DNA from: Clostridium sp.
GTDB taxonomy: Bacteria > Bacillota > Clostridia > TANB77 > CAG-508
NCBI GenBank assembly: GCA_052174015.1
Contig: JBQMXM010000001.1
Coordinates: 27,962 to 91,961 of the forward strand
Length of the DNA: 64,000 bases
Direction: 5' to 3'
Each line of letters opens with the position of its first letter. The stretch's first letter is position 1. The notes beneath the pieces were generated by a model. It saw nothing but the letters and a program-made list of their open reading frames with translations, made no database searches and was not told where the DNA came from. Below, piece by piece: positions 9,281 to 20,390 of the stretch. The position numbers and the translations under genes were made by a program.

Positions 9281-9706
9281 TCATTTACTAAACACATATT
9301 TTTTACTAAATAAATATATTATATATACAACTAATATTTGAGTAAATATTTTTACAAAATTATCTGATAAATTTAATTGTTTTATCATAAATGTAAATAA
9401 TAGTAATTCTATTAATATATATATTATTATTCTAAAAATTATAAATAGGGTGAATTGTTTAGTGGTTTGCTCTATAGTATTTTCTTTATCTTTAAATACA
9501 AATAATTTATTAGTGATAAATGCAAATATTACTGTTAATATTGTTGTTATAAAATTATTTAATACTAAATTTTCTCTAAATATAGTTATAATTTTTAATA
9601 TTTCATATATAAATATATTAAATACTGTTGTTATACCTGCAAATATTATATAATTAGTTATCTGCTCTATTTCTTTACTTGTTTTATTTTTTTCTCTTAT
9701 TTTCAT
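9281..9706 (-). CDS. GtrA-family small membrane protein (polysaccharide synthesis, flippase-associated)
   Basis: 141 aa with four TM segments; matches the GtrA family. Overlaps the upstream GT2 gene by 23 nt. Confidence 0.65.
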   Translation of the reverse strand: MKIREKNKTSKEIEQITNYIIFAGITTVFNIFIYEILKIITIFRENLVLNNFITTILTVIFAFITNKLFVFKDKENTIEQTTKQFTLFIIFRIIIYILIELLLFTFMIKQLNLSDNFVKIFTQILVVYIIYLFSKKYVFSK

Positions 9707-10754
9707 TAATTAATCTTTCTAATCTTTCTTCTGTATTTTCTTTTTCTAAACCTCTAGCTATATTTTCTTTTTTTTGTTTTTCTGTAACTATTTGATTTAT
9801 TGTATTTTTCTTATTGAACTCTACTTGCATATGTTTTACAAATCCTTTTCTTTTTATATCAAATATTTTTGATATATATATTAGTATTAATTGTATTTTA
9901 GATTTTAAATTTGCAACTGTACTTAAATCTAGTTTTTGTTTTGTTAATATTGTATATAATATATATTGATTATATATATATAATTTTTTTGATTTTTTTA
10001 CATATGTTAAATCAAATTCTAATAATTCTTTAAAATACATATAATATCCGTATGGATTTTCCATTGATATTTTTTCAATATTATTTGTATAACTATCTTT
10101 AGAATATGTACAATATTCTAATACTTCATTAAATGTAAATACTTCATATTCTTTATCCATTTGATGATGTAATCTTGAATCTATTATGTATTTTTCATTA
10201 TTTTCCAATTTATGTTCAAAAAGTTTTCTAATTTCTGTATTATATACAATTATTTTTTCTCCTTCTATATTATCTATAAAAGTTGTTTCAAATATTGTTG
10301 TATTACATCCAGGATTTTTAAATTTTTTTCCCATAATTTTATCATTTCTATATGCTTTTAAAAATACAAAACCATATATATTAGGTAATATGAAACAGTT
10401 TTCTTTTATTTTCTTAATAGCATCATATGTTAAATAATCATCTGAATCTAATTCTATTATGAATTTTCCTTTAGCAAGTTCTACCAACTTATTTATCGCA
10501 GTCATTTTACCTGAATTTCTTTGATAAAAATACTGTATTTTTAAATTTGGTACTTCTTTAAACTGTTTTACTAAATATTCTGTGTCATCTACTGAACCAT
10601 CATCCATTATTAACCATTCTATAGTAACTCCCCATCTTGTATTTTCTAAAATACTTTCATATGCTTTTATTAATCCATCTGCTCTATTATATGTTGAAGT
10701 TAATATAGATATAAATGGTTTCTGATCATCTATTAAATTAAAAATTTTGTCCAT
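9684..10754 (-). CDS. Family 2 glycosyltransferase
   Basis: N-terminal ISILTSTYNRADGLIKAYESIL...WLIMDDGSVDDT matches the GT-A/GT2 motifs (DxD). Confidence 0.75.
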   Translation of the reverse strand: MDKIFNLIDDQKPFISILTSTYNRADGLIKAYESILENTRWGVTIEWLIMDDGSVDDTEYLVKQFKEVPNLKIQYFYQRNSGKMTAINKLVELAKGKFIIELDSDDYLTYDAIKKIKENCFILPNIYGFVFLKAYRNDKIMGKKFKNPGCNTTIFETTFIDNIEGEKIIVYNTEIRKLFEHKLENNEKYIIDSRLHHQMDKEYEVFTFNEVLEYCTYSKDSYTNNIEKISMENPYGYYMYFKELLEFDLTYVKKSKKLYIYNQYILYTILTKQKLDLSTVANLKSKIQLILIYISKIFDIKRKGFVKHMQVEFNKKNTINQIVTEKQKKENIARGLEKENTEERLERLINENKRKK

Positions 10755-10771
10755 CTATTTATTATTCTCCA

Positions 10772-12181
10772 CTATTTATTAATTATATTTATAATATCAT
10801 ATATCTTAGAATCATTTATTCTTTCAAATATATGTAAATTATTAACTATCTCTCTTTTATTTTTCTTATTTTTTTCTCTTGTACCTAATACTTTCTTAAT
10901 TCCATTATATATATCTTCTTCTGTATTTTCAAATATATGTATATTACTATATTTTTGTACTGCTTCTATTGATGCTGTTTTTGTTATTAATATTTCTTTT
11001 CTTAAAACTTTTGCTTCATCTATAACTATACCATATCCTTCTACTTTTGATAATAGTGCAAAATAGTTTCCATTTTTAATATATGGATATGGATTTGAAA
11101 TTTCTCCAACAAGTCTAAATGAATGTTTTAATTTTCTTTTTTTAGTCTCATTAATTAATCTTTCTCTATCTATTCCATCTCCAATTACATATATATTATG
11201 TATAAATCCATCTTTTATTAATCTTTCATGTACATCAAGTAATCTATCTATTCCTTTTTCTGGAATTATTTTAGCAACTGTTACTATACTTGTAATTGTT
11301 GGTGTTATTTCTTCTGGAATATATTCTTCTGAAAGCTCTTTTATCCTTTTTATATCTAAATACTTATATATAACATGCATAGACACTTTATCTTCTATTT
11401 TATCACCAAATTCTTTTAAAAAGTTTTCTTTAGCTGTATTACTTACAAATATTATATCATTATATTTTAAATAAGTTATTCTATCTATAACTTTTTTTAA
11501 TAATTCATATTTTGTTGTTATTACACTATCTTGTTGTTTAGCTACAATTTTACTTGCTCCAAAATGTACCCATGCTATTTTTTTAGCTCTACTTTCTAAT
11601 GCAAACATTTTAGTCATAATTCCTTCTACAAATGCTATCTCTACATCATATATATTTTTTATATTTGCAGTATATATAACTGGATAAAAAATATATAATA
11701 ACAACATCTGTATTTTTTTTGTAAAAAGTGTTTTAGGTTCTTTTTTGAATATTGTTTTTAAAGTTATTTTTTTGTCTAGTACTAATTGTTGCAATTCTTT
11801 TTCAAATGTTCCATTCCCATATATTGTATAAATAGTTACATCATATGCATTATATATTTTTTTAACTAAATCTACTAATGCTCTTTCTGCTCCACCTATT
11901 TTTAATGAATTTATTCCAAATACAACTCTTTTCTTCTTATTTTTATTTCTATATTTTATATGTTTATATAAATTTATTAATGCAATTAATATTAATAAAC
12001 ATATAAATACACAACTTATAATAAATAGGAAACTTAATTCTTGATATCTATCCTTATTTATTGTTAATCTCAATATAATTAATGATAATATAATTATTGG
12101 TATTAATTGTAAAATTATTTTTATAAATTTACATATAATTTTTAAAAATCTATTCATTATTTCTTTAATTTTTTCTATCAT
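10772..12181 (-). CDS. Family 4 (GT-B) glycosyltransferase with an N-terminal membrane region
   Basis: Two N-terminal TM helices, then GINSLKIGGAERALVDLVKKI, the GT4 N-terminal signature. Confidence 0.65.
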   Translation of the reverse strand: MIEKIKEIMNRFLKIICKFIKIILQLIPIIILSLIILRLTINKDRYQELSFLFIISCVFICLLILIALINLYKHIKYRNKNKKKRVVFGINSLKIGGAERALVDLVKKIYNAYDVTIYTIYGNGTFEKELQQLVLDKKITLKTIFKKEPKTLFTKKIQMLLLYIFYPVIYTANIKNIYDVEIAFVEGIMTKMFALESRAKKIAWVHFGASKIVAKQQDSVITTKYELLKKVIDRITYLKYNDIIFVSNTAKENFLKEFGDKIEDKVSMHVIYKYLDIKRIKELSEEYIPEEITPTITSIVTVAKIIPEKGIDRLLDVHERLIKDGFIHNIYVIGDGIDRERLINETKKRKLKHSFRLVGEISNPYPYIKNGNYFALLSKVEGYGIVIDEAKVLRKEILITKTASIEAVQKYSNIHIFENTEEDIYNGIKKVLGTREKNKKNKREIVNNLHIFERINDSKIYDIINIINK

Positions 12182-12223
12182 TTTATCTCCTAGATTATAT
12201 AAATATTAATATTAATATTAACA

Positions 12224-13675
12224 TTAACATATAAATGTTGAATCTATTTTTAATTTTTTAGCTAATTGTATATCACTTTTTGATATTACTTTACTTGAAT
12301 GTAATCTTGCATATTTAAAAATAGGTAATTCCTGAATTGCTTTTTTGTATATTTCATTTTTATCTTGTAATATAGCAAATGCTAATATACAATCTACGGC
12401 CTCTATTTTTTGACTTTCTATATCTTCTGTTTGCTTTTTGTATTTTAAAATATTTTCTATCATTTTACTGCAAAACAGAGTATCTTTTTCTAAATTCAAC
12501 TTATTTTCTAATACATTTAATATACAAATTGCAAATGCAGATATATTATCTTGTTCTATTCCTACAAATTCTTCTCCATTTTCTAATAATATTAAACAAT
12601 TATCATTATTATTTATACTTTTTTCTTTATCTACTTTTGCTACAACTTCATCTTCAAATATATCAATTTGTGCTTTATTTAAAAGTCTTTTTAATAATTG
12701 TGGTTGATTTGTATCTCCATTTTCATATTTTTCTTCGTATACTGCTTTTAAATATCTACGGATAATCTCTATTTTAGATGCCTTTATTACAATTTCATCT
12801 GATGAAATACAATCTCCGGCATAATTTACTCCCATATCTGTAGGTGAATTATATATTCTTTCTCCATATATTTTTGTTAATAATGTATCTAATATTGGAA
12901 ATAATTCTACATCCCTATTATAGCTTGTTGCAATTTTATTATATTTTGATAAATACATAGGGTCTATCATAACTTTATCTTCTAAATCAGCTGTTGCCGC
13001 TTCATATGCAATATTTACCATATGTTCTACTGGTAAATTCCAAATTGGAAATAATTCTAATTTTGCATACCCTGATTTTATACCTTTTTTTGAATCTAAA
13101 TATAGTTGTGATAAACATGTAGACATTTTTCCACTACTTGGACCTGGACCTATAACTAAAACAATATCTCTTTTTGTTTCTATATATTCATTTTGTCCTA
13201 ATCCTTCTTCTGACACTACATAATCTACATCATATGGATATCCTGATATTTTTTTATGTGTATATATCTTTATCCCCTTATTTTTAGCTTCTGATATAAA
13301 TTTATCTGTATTTGGTGTTTTTTCGTATTGATTAATTACTATTGAATTTATTAAAATCCCTCTTTTTTCTAAACTATTGATAATATTAAAAGTCTCATCA
13401 CTATATGTTAAACCTTTATCTTGTCTAACCTTATTACTTTCTATTGCTTTTTGTCCAACAGTAACTATAACTTCTATTTCATTTTTTAAACTTTCAAGAA
13501 TCCTAATCTTGTTATCTGGTATAAATCCTGGTAATACTCTTTTTGCATGCAAATCATCTAATAATTTACCACCTACTTCTAAATATAGTTTACCTTCAAA
13601 TTTTTCTTTTCTTTCAAGTATTCCTTTTTTTTCTAATTCAATATATTTATCATTTAAAAATCCTATTTTTTTCAT
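12224..13675 (-). CDS. DUF1846 / UPF0371 family protein
   Basis: 483 aa. N-terminus MKKIGFLNDKYIELEKKGILER...GKLYLEVGGKLLDDLHAKRVLPGF resembles the UPF0371 N-terminus as I recall it. Confidence 0.55.
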   Translation of the reverse strand: MKKIGFLNDKYIELEKKGILERKEKFEGKLYLEVGGKLLDDLHAKRVLPGFIPDNKIRILESLKNEIEVIVTVGQKAIESNKVRQDKGLTYSDETFNIINSLEKRGILINSIVINQYEKTPNTDKFISEAKNKGIKIYTHKKISGYPYDVDYVVSEEGLGQNEYIETKRDIVLVIGPGPSSGKMSTCLSQLYLDSKKGIKSGYAKLELFPIWNLPVEHMVNIAYEAATADLEDKVMIDPMYLSKYNKIATSYNRDVELFPILDTLLTKIYGERIYNSPTDMGVNYAGDCISSDEIVIKASKIEIIRRYLKAVYEEKYENGDTNQPQLLKRLLNKAQIDIFEDEVVAKVDKEKSINNNDNCLILLENGEEFVGIEQDNISAFAICILNVLENKLNLEKDTLFCSKMIENILKYKKQTEDIESQKIEAVDCILAFAILQDKNEIYKKAIQELPIFKYARLHSSKVISKSDIQLAKKLKIDSTFIC

Positions 13676-13705
13676 ATCATCCTCTTTTGTATAATTTTAT
13701 TTATA

Positions 13706-14149
13706 TTATTTATTAAAACTAAATCCATTTGGTAATAATTCATTAATTGTATATTCTGATATTTTCTTATTTTTCATATCATAAATATATATCCTAAAAT
13801 CTTCATTTACAAATTCAGTAATAAATTGTCTGCAATATCCACAAGGTAATACATATTCATCTGCAACCAGTAATAGATATTCAAATTCTCTTTTTCCATT
13901 TGATATTGCTGATACAAATGCACTCCTTTCTGCACATACACTCTGTATTCCAGCATTTTCTACATTTACTCCTAAAAATATATTATCTTTATCTCCTTTA
14001 GTTTTTAATAATGCAGATACTCTGAATTTTGAATATTTTGAGTATGAGTTTTTTAAATTGTTTACTACCATCTCTATTTCTTTTTTACTTGGTACTTCTT
14101 GTTTAAAAGCTTTCATATTTACTCCTTTTTCTTTTGTATTATTAATCAT
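13706..14149 (-). CDS. cdd: Cytidine deaminase
   Basis: Zinc-binding motifs CAERSA and PCGYCRQ; 147 aa including a short N-terminal extension (MINNTKEKGVN) upstream of the internal Met. Confidence 0.9.
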   Translation of the reverse strand: MINNTKEKGVNMKAFKQEVPSKKEIEMVVNNLKNSYSKYSKFRVSALLKTKGDKDNIFLGVNVENAGIQSVCAERSAFVSAISNGKREFEYLLLVADEYVLPCGYCRQFITEFVNEDFRIYIYDMKNKKISEYTINELLPNGFSFNK

Positions 14150-14158
14150 AGTTAAATA

Positions 14159-14848
14159 TTAAAAATTAAATTGTATGAATTTTTGTAAATATTGTTCTAA
14201 TTCTTCTAACTTATTTTCTGTTGTTTTAAAATTCATACATTTTTCAAGTTCTGTATTTTGCATATATTTTAATATATTATATATATACTTATTTATATAT
14301 GTCTTTTCCTTAGGCATAAAAACTTCTGTATTTTTTTCGTTTTCTAATATCTTTGGAAATTGAATTTTAAATCCTAATATATCTAATACTTTAAATTTGT
14401 ATATTAATTCTATTTGTTTAAGTGGTCTGCTCTCCATTGATATATTATATAGTGAGATTATTGTAAGTTTAAATATATTATAGTATTCTATATATTCAAT
14501 TTTTGATATATTTGTATGTATTGATATTGCTTCATCTATATATTTTCTAACAAACTTTAAAATTTCTGATGCTGTTACTAATTTATCAAAATCCATTCTA
14601 ATATTATAGAAGTTTTCTTTTAAATGTAATTCGTTTAAGTGGTACATTTTTTCGCCTTTAAATAGTATAAAGTCTGAAAAAACTAAAAATTCTGTACCTG
14701 AAATATATTGCTTATTTTTTGTATAACATTTTTTTACAATTACAGATATTTTACCTAAGTTTGGTGTTAAAACTGTAAGTATTTTATCTTGTTGTAATGT
14801 AATATTTTCAGAAATTATTATTCCAGATGTTTTAATTATTTTTGACAT
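14159..14848 (-). CDS. recO: DNA repair protein RecO
   Basis: N-terminal OB-fold region GIIISENITLQQDKILTVLTPNLGKISVIVKK, and a position downstream of era as in Firmicutes. Confidence 0.75.
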   Translation of the reverse strand: MSKIIKTSGIIISENITLQQDKILTVLTPNLGKISVIVKKCYTKNKQYISGTEFLVFSDFILFKGEKMYHLNELHLKENFYNIRMDFDKLVTASEILKFVRKYIDEAISIHTNISKIEYIEYYNIFKLTIISLYNISMESRPLKQIELIYKFKVLDILGFKIQFPKILENEKNTEVFMPKEKTYINKYIYNILKYMQNTELEKCMNFKTTENKLEELEQYLQKFIQFNF

Positions 14849-14873
14849 ATTTTCCTACTCTTTATTTAATTAT

Positions 14874-15764
14874 CTATTTAAATTTTTGAATTATTGAATC
14901 ATTATCAAGCCAATTTTTTCTAACTTTTACCCATATTTTCAAATTAACTTTTGATTCTAAAAATGCTTCTAAATCTTGTCTTGCATATGTACCAATTCTT
15001 TTTAGCATTTCTCCATTTTTACCAATTATAATTCCTTTATGTGTATCTTTTCTTGTATATATATTAACTTCTATATCATATATATGTTGTCCTTTTTTAG
15101 TTTGTTTTTGCTTAAAGTTTTCTGTTTCTATATATATTCCATGTGGTATTTCTTCTCTTAATAATTTTAGTGCTTTACCCCTAATTATTTCTTCTGTCAT
15201 TTGTCTTAATGTTTGATCTGTGTAAATATCATCTGGATAATATTTTGGACCTTCTTCTAATAATTTAGTTATCTCATTAAGTACTATATCTACTCCGTCT
15301 CCTGTTAATGCTGATATTGGAATTATACTTTTAAATTCTACTTTTCTTTGTAATTCTTGTATTTTTTCAAGCAATAACTCTTTTTTTACTCTATCCACCT
15401 TGTTTAATACACAAATTATTGGTGTTTTGACTTTTTTTAATTTTTCTAATATATCATAATCAAATTGACTTAACTTCTTTTTGTTTGCTGCAACTACATA
15501 TACTATAACGTTTGCATCTTTTATGCTTCCAATTGCATTTTCAATCATTAATTTAGATAATTTTGAATTTTTTTTATGAATTCCAGGAGTATCTACAAAT
15601 ATAATTTGTTTTTCATCATCTGTATATATTCCTTTAATATTTGTTCGTGTTGTTTGCACTTTTGGTGAAACGATTGATATTTTTTCTCCCATTATTTTAT
15701 TTAACAATGTTGACTTCCCGGCATTTGTTTCACCTATTATACTTACATATCCTGATTTATACAT
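14874..15764 (-). CDS. era: GTPase Era
   Basis: G1 motif GETNAGKSTLLN, G3 motif DTPG, G4 motif NKVD, C-terminal KH domain. Start moved to the internal ATG at 15764 (AAAGGAAG RBS 8 nt upstream). Confidence 0.9.
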   Translation of the reverse strand: MYKSGYVSIIGETNAGKSTLLNKIMGEKISIVSPKVQTTRTNIKGIYTDDEKQIIFVDTPGIHKKNSKLSKLMIENAIGSIKDANVIVYVVAANKKKLSQFDYDILEKLKKVKTPIICVLNKVDRVKKELLLEKIQELQRKVEFKSIIPISALTGDGVDIVLNEITKLLEEGPKYYPDDIYTDQTLRQMTEEIIRGKALKLLREEIPHGIYIETENFKQKQTKKGQHIYDIEVNIYTRKDTHKGIIIGKNGEMLKRIGTYARQDLEAFLESKVNLKIWVKVRKNWLDNDSIIQKFK

Positions 15765-15986
15765 TATCTTCTCTTCCTTTTCTCTTAATAATATAATTAT
15801 ATTATTATATACCTTAAAAAGCAATATATTATACCTATTATTACAGTATTCTTTGTAGAAAGTTCAAACATATTTGACATATAATTATTAAAATAAAAAA
15901 TGTAATAAAATACATGATATTATTATATATCAATATTATTTTATTACATCTTATATGACTTGTTTTAACTATCTTATTAATCTAAA

Positions 15987-16412
15987 TTAAATAATATTAT
16001 TAATTAATACTCTTTTTTTACTATTCTCTATCTTTTTTACTAATTTAGGGTAACATGAATCATAGGCATAGCTTTGTGGAGCTGTAAAGTTAAACTCTTT
16101 TTTTAATATAGATAATGGTATAGGGCTTTCTAATTCTTCAACTTTAGATATATGATATGCAAATTTAGATTTTTTAATACCTTTATTAAAATCTTCATTC
16201 CCATATCCATATTCATCTATTTCATTTGGATATTTAACAATCTTATCTATAGTAAGAATATATTTTAATAAGCACGATGGAGAAGTCTCATAAACATAAA
16301 GTAAATCAATTTTTTCTTTTGGACAATATTTTCTAAATTCATAATTTTTTTCTCCACTTATAATCTTTTTTATGAATTCTGGTTTTATACTTAAAAATAT
16401 TCCTCTTTTCAT
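15987..16412 (-). CDS. ASCH-domain (PUA-like) protein
   Basis: N-terminus LSIKPEFIKKIISGEKNYEFRKY resembles the ASCH motif (SIKPxxAxxIxxGxKxxExR). Confidence 0.45.
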   Translation of the reverse strand: MKRGIFLSIKPEFIKKIISGEKNYEFRKYCPKEKIDLLYVYETSPSCLLKYILTIDKIVKYPNEIDEYGYGNEDFNKGIKKSKFAYHISKVEELESPIPLSILKKEFNFTAPQSYAYDSCYPKLVKKIENSKKRVLINNII

Positions 16413-16539
16413 ATTTTTTAAACTCCTTTTTGAAATAATCTAAAATAAGAAAGCTAATGAAAATACTATTAAAGTACAAAATGTGTGGAGCTATTTACTT
16501 AATAGTTATTATAATTTAAAATTTATACAAAAATATTAT

Positions 16540-17973
16540 TTATTTATCTTTAACATCTATATTTAAATTTTTAAGTTCTTCTCTAATTTTATCAGATAAC
16601 TCAAAATTTTTATTATTTCTTAATTCTTCTCTTACATCTAAAATTAAATTAATTAAATCTTTTTCTCTTTTATCATTATCTATTATATTTTCTTGAAGTG
16701 CAGAACTTAATATTACTTTATCTATATTAAATGTTATACCTAAAACTTTTAATATTATCTCATTATATATTTCTTGTATTTCTTTTATTAATTCTAAATC
16801 TTCTTTTTCTTTTTTGTATACATTATATAACTCATATAATTTTACAATTACACCATATGTATTTAAATCGTCTGATAATTCTTCTTCCATTTCTTTTCTT
16901 AAATTTTTAGCATATTCTCCATTATCAGTATTTTCTAATTTTTCATAATTTATATTTATATGTTGTATTTCTTTAAACATTTCTTGTAATTTATTATACC
17001 ATATATATGTTTCTTCTAATTTTTCTTTATTAAAGTTTGTTGGTTTCCTGTAATGTGTTGAAAGTAAGTAAAACCTTACAAAGTCTGGTTCATATTTTTC
17101 AAACAATTCATCTAGTGAAATATAATTACCTAAAGATTTTCCCATCTTTTTGCCATCTATTGTAACTAAATTATTATGTACAAAGTAATTTGCAAATTTT
17201 ACACCATTTGCAGCTTCTGATTGTGCAATTTCACAATCATGATGTGGAAACATATTATCCATACCACCACCATGTATATCAAAAGTATTTCCTAAATATT
17301 TTTTGCTCATGGCACTACATTCAATATGCCACCCTGGAAAACCTGCTCCCCATGGTGAATCCCATTCCATTAAATGATTATCTACATTTCTTTTCCATAA
17401 TGCAAAATCATTATAGTCTCTTTTATCATGTATTTCATTTATTCTAGTTCCTGTTTCATTTTTACTTGTATCTCTTAATGATAATTGAGCATAATTTTTA
17501 AATTTGGATACTTCAAAATATACATTTCCTATATCTGTAACATATGCATATCCTTTTTCAATTAATATTTTTATCATATCTATCATTTCAGCTATATGTC
17601 CTGTTGCTCTACAACTAATAGACGGTTTCATAACATTTAATCTTTCCATATATTTAAAATATATATTTTCATACTTATATGCTATTTCCATCGGATCTAT
17701 TTTTTCTAATTTTGCCTTTTTTTGAATTTTATCTTCTCCAAAATCTCCATCTCCAACTAAATGTCCTACATCTGTAATATTTTGAACATATTTAACTTCA
17801 TAACCTATATATTTAAAATATCTAACTAATGTATCAAAAAACACATAACTTTTAGCATGTCCTAAATGTGGCATTCCATATACTGTAGGTCCACATACAT
17901 ATAGTCCAACTTTATTAGGAATAATACTTTTAAATTCTTCTTTTTGTCTTGTTAAACTATTATATATTTTCAT
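16540..17973 (-). CDS. cysS: Cysteinyl-tRNA synthetase
   Basis: HIGH motif (PHLGHAKS), KMSKS motif (KMGKSLGN), zinc ligands. Start moved to the ATG at 17973 (AAGGAG RBS 7 nt upstream). Confidence 0.92.
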   Translation of the reverse strand: MKIYNSLTRQKEEFKSIIPNKVGLYVCGPTVYGMPHLGHAKSYVFFDTLVRYFKYIGYEVKYVQNITDVGHLVGDGDFGEDKIQKKAKLEKIDPMEIAYKYENIYFKYMERLNVMKPSISCRATGHIAEMIDMIKILIEKGYAYVTDIGNVYFEVSKFKNYAQLSLRDTSKNETGTRINEIHDKRDYNDFALWKRNVDNHLMEWDSPWGAGFPGWHIECSAMSKKYLGNTFDIHGGGMDNMFPHHDCEIAQSEAANGVKFANYFVHNNLVTIDGKKMGKSLGNYISLDELFEKYEPDFVRFYLLSTHYRKPTNFNKEKLEETYIWYNKLQEMFKEIQHININYEKLENTDNGEYAKNLRKEMEEELSDDLNTYGVIVKLYELYNVYKKEKEDLELIKEIQEIYNEIILKVLGITFNIDKVILSSALQENIIDNDKREKDLINLILDVREELRNNKNFELSDKIREELKNLNIDVKDK

Positions 17974-18117
17974 TACATTTCTCCTTATATTATTATTCAT
18001 ATTTTTATCATATTTTTATATTCTTATCAACTATAATTAAATTAATATTTTATATCTATATATTTGCAGAAAACACAAATTATCACATCTTATATTTGTT
18101 TATACTATAAAATATAT

Positions 18118-20283
18118 TTAAATATATTTTAACAATCTATCAATTGATTCAATATAGTTTTGAAGCAACTCTTCATTATTTGTTATAGGGTTTACTTCTA
18201 ATAAATTTAATAATTCATTTATACTTTTTGTATTAAGATTCTTCATACTTTTAATATATTTTTCCTTATATCCTTTTTGAGTTGTAATTTTTTTATATAT
18301 TGTTGGTATTAGATATCTTGGAAAATCATATTTTATTTCTTCAAACATTCTAAAAATAAATTTACTTTGTAAAAACATATTATATTGTTCTTCTTCTGTA
18401 AAATTTTCTAATAATTTATCTATATTATCTACTATTAATGCTTTTGATTTTTCGTCTTCTAATGTTTGTTTTTCTTTATCATATTTTTTAAAAATATCAT
18501 GTATATATTTTAATATTTGAGCTTTAATATTAATATTTTCTATATTTTTTCTTATTCTTATCCTATTTATAAATTCTGAATATATTTTAAATTTTTGTTC
18601 TATATTTTCTGTATTATTAATATTATCTGGAGTTATATTTTTTAAAATATTTTCTATATATACATATTCATTCATTTGTGAATGTAATTCTATTAAAATA
18701 TCATTATGATATGTTCTAATTACATTTTTTTTCATAAATGATTTTTGTACTGCATGTCCTAATTCATGTATAATAGTTTTTGTAGTTAGATTACTTAAAA
18801 ATATCATATTATTTGCACTAGAATAAAAGCTTCTAAAACTAACTCGTTCATCATTACAAAAATATATATTTTCATCATTTATATATTCTTTAATTTTATT
18901 TGTATATTCTTTTCCAAATATTTTAAATATTTTTACTTCTTCTTTAATATCTTTCACTTTTAGCTTTTCTATTCTATATATTCCATTATATTTTATTTTT
19001 TTATATTTATCTATCTTATTTTTTTTATGTTCTTTTTGTTTTTCAACTTCTTTTTTGTTTTTAGAATTTCTATATTTTATTTTTAAAACTATACCATATA
19101 TGTATAATATATCTCTATGTTTTATTGTTTCATTAAATCTTTTAAAAGATATTCTATTTTTAAAGTATTCATAACATTCAGCATATACTCTTTCTTTTAA
19201 TTTTTCTTCAACATTATCTAGATATTTACTTAATTTTGTACCTTCTAAAAAAACTTCCGTTATATATGGATATATTTTATCTAATTTTTCTTTTTTTAAG
19301 TAATTATTAAATGATTTATATTTAAAAACTTTTTCTTCGTCTCTATACAATATAATATGTGAAATTATATATTCTTTAAATTGTTTTTTGAAAATTTTAT
19401 GCTTTATTTGTTCATCATATATATATTGATATATAAATTTTATTGGTTTTATTTTTTGATTATATTCTTGCTTTGTATAATTCTTTTTAAGCTTATTTAT
19501 TTTTTCTTCAACATATTCTTCTTGTTCTTTATGTATTTTTTTAATTAATTCATCTTTATCTACTTTATGTTTTATCTCAATTTTATATTTTTCTTTTAGA
19601 TTATTATTTTTATTTTTTCCTTTCCCTTTCTTCTTTTTATCTTTATTTTCTTTTTCAGTTTTCTTCTTTTCTTTAATATAGGATCTAATAAACTTTCTTA
19701 TATATGTATTAAAATTTTCTTTATATAATGAGTCATACTCATATTCTATTGCATTTTTAATATCTTTTATTATATCAACTTCTATATTATGCCCCTTTTT
19801 ATTTTCTTCTTCAATATATTTTTTAATATTTTCTAATTCTTCAAATGTATATATTTTACATATTTTTTCATTTATTTTTTTATTCTTTTTAATAAAGTAT
19901 TTATTAATTCTTAATATTTCATTTATGTTATGTATTAATTTTTTTCTATTACTCTCTGCTATTTTTCTTCTTGTTTTAGGCAAATTTATAGTTTGATATT
20001 TATCTATTATATTATATACATAGAAATTAAATCTTTTAATTTTAAAATTACTTAATGAATATGCATATTTGTTATATATAATATAAAAAAATAATTTTTG
20101 CTTTTCTTCTGTACTTAATTTTTCTCCTTCTAATTTTTTTAGTATAATTTCATTTTCATTAATTATTGAATTCTTTTTTTCTAAATATTCAAAAGTTTCT
20201 TCAAATGAATTAAATATTTTTTTACTAAATATCGGTAATTCTACTTTTCTAAATTTTATTTTACTTAAATCAAATTTTATCAT
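18118..20283 (-). CDS. Large lysine-rich hypothetical protein with an HExxHxxQ metallopeptidase-like motif (DUF4157-like?)
   Basis: 721 aa, very Lys/Glu/Ile-rich and largely helical. A single IIHELGHAVQKS motif near residue 500. No Walker or nucleotidyltransferase motifs. Confidence 0.5.
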   Translation of the reverse strand: MIKFDLSKIKFRKVELPIFSKKIFNSFEETFEYLEKKNSIINENEIILKKLEGEKLSTEEKQKLFFYIIYNKYAYSLSNFKIKRFNFYVYNIIDKYQTINLPKTRRKIAESNRKKLIHNINEILRINKYFIKKNKKINEKICKIYTFEELENIKKYIEEENKKGHNIEVDIIKDIKNAIEYEYDSLYKENFNTYIRKFIRSYIKEKKKTEKENKDKKKKGKGKNKNNNLKEKYKIEIKHKVDKDELIKKIHKEQEEYVEEKINKLKKNYTKQEYNQKIKPIKFIYQYIYDEQIKHKIFKKQFKEYIISHIILYRDEEKVFKYKSFNNYLKKEKLDKIYPYITEVFLEGTKLSKYLDNVEEKLKERVYAECYEYFKNRISFKRFNETIKHRDILYIYGIVLKIKYRNSKNKKEVEKQKEHKKNKIDKYKKIKYNGIYRIEKLKVKDIKEEVKIFKIFGKEYTNKIKEYINDENIYFCNDERVSFRSFYSSANNMIFLSNLTTKTIIHELGHAVQKSFMKKNVIRTYHNDILIELHSQMNEYVYIENILKNITPDNINNTENIEQKFKIYSEFINRIRIRKNIENINIKAQILKYIHDIFKKYDKEKQTLEDEKSKALIVDNIDKLLENFTEEEQYNMFLQSKFIFRMFEEIKYDFPRYLIPTIYKKITTQKGYKEKYIKSMKNLNTKSINELLNLLEVNPITNNEELLQNYIESIDRLLKYI

Positions 20284-20314
20284 ACAACATCCTTTATTTT
20301 AATTTTATACAACA

Positions 20315-20343
20315 AAAAGTATACTTTTTTATTGTATACTTTT
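20315..20343. promoter_or_regulatory. 10-bp inverted repeat aaaagtatac/gtatactttt. It is either a terminator after the AbiEi-like gene or an operator upstream of the 721-aa gene.
   Basis: Perfect inverted repeat with a 9-nt T-rich loop in the 107-nt gap between the two genes. AbiEi-family regulators bind inverted repeats. Confidence 0.4.
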
Positions 20344-20390
20344 ATTATCATTTGTAATTATATTTAGCATTTTATTATATAATTATAGTA

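Noticed and set aside
15765-15824. Longer N-terminal extensions of era (start 15824), cysS (18000), xseA (40620), the ABC-F gene (52854, a GTG), rodA (56503, a TTG) and the transglutaminase-like gene (49945) as given by the ORF track.
   Set aside because: In each case an internal ATG is preceded by a clear AGGAGG-type RBS and matches the conserved N-terminus of the family, while the upstream start has no RBS.
18001-18117. Possible T-box leaders upstream of cysS, lysS and asnS.
   Set aside because: The intergenic spaces upstream of all three synthetase genes are under ~120 nt, or overlap the preceding gene. That is too short for a T-box leader (~250 nt), and no specifier/T-box sequence is visible.
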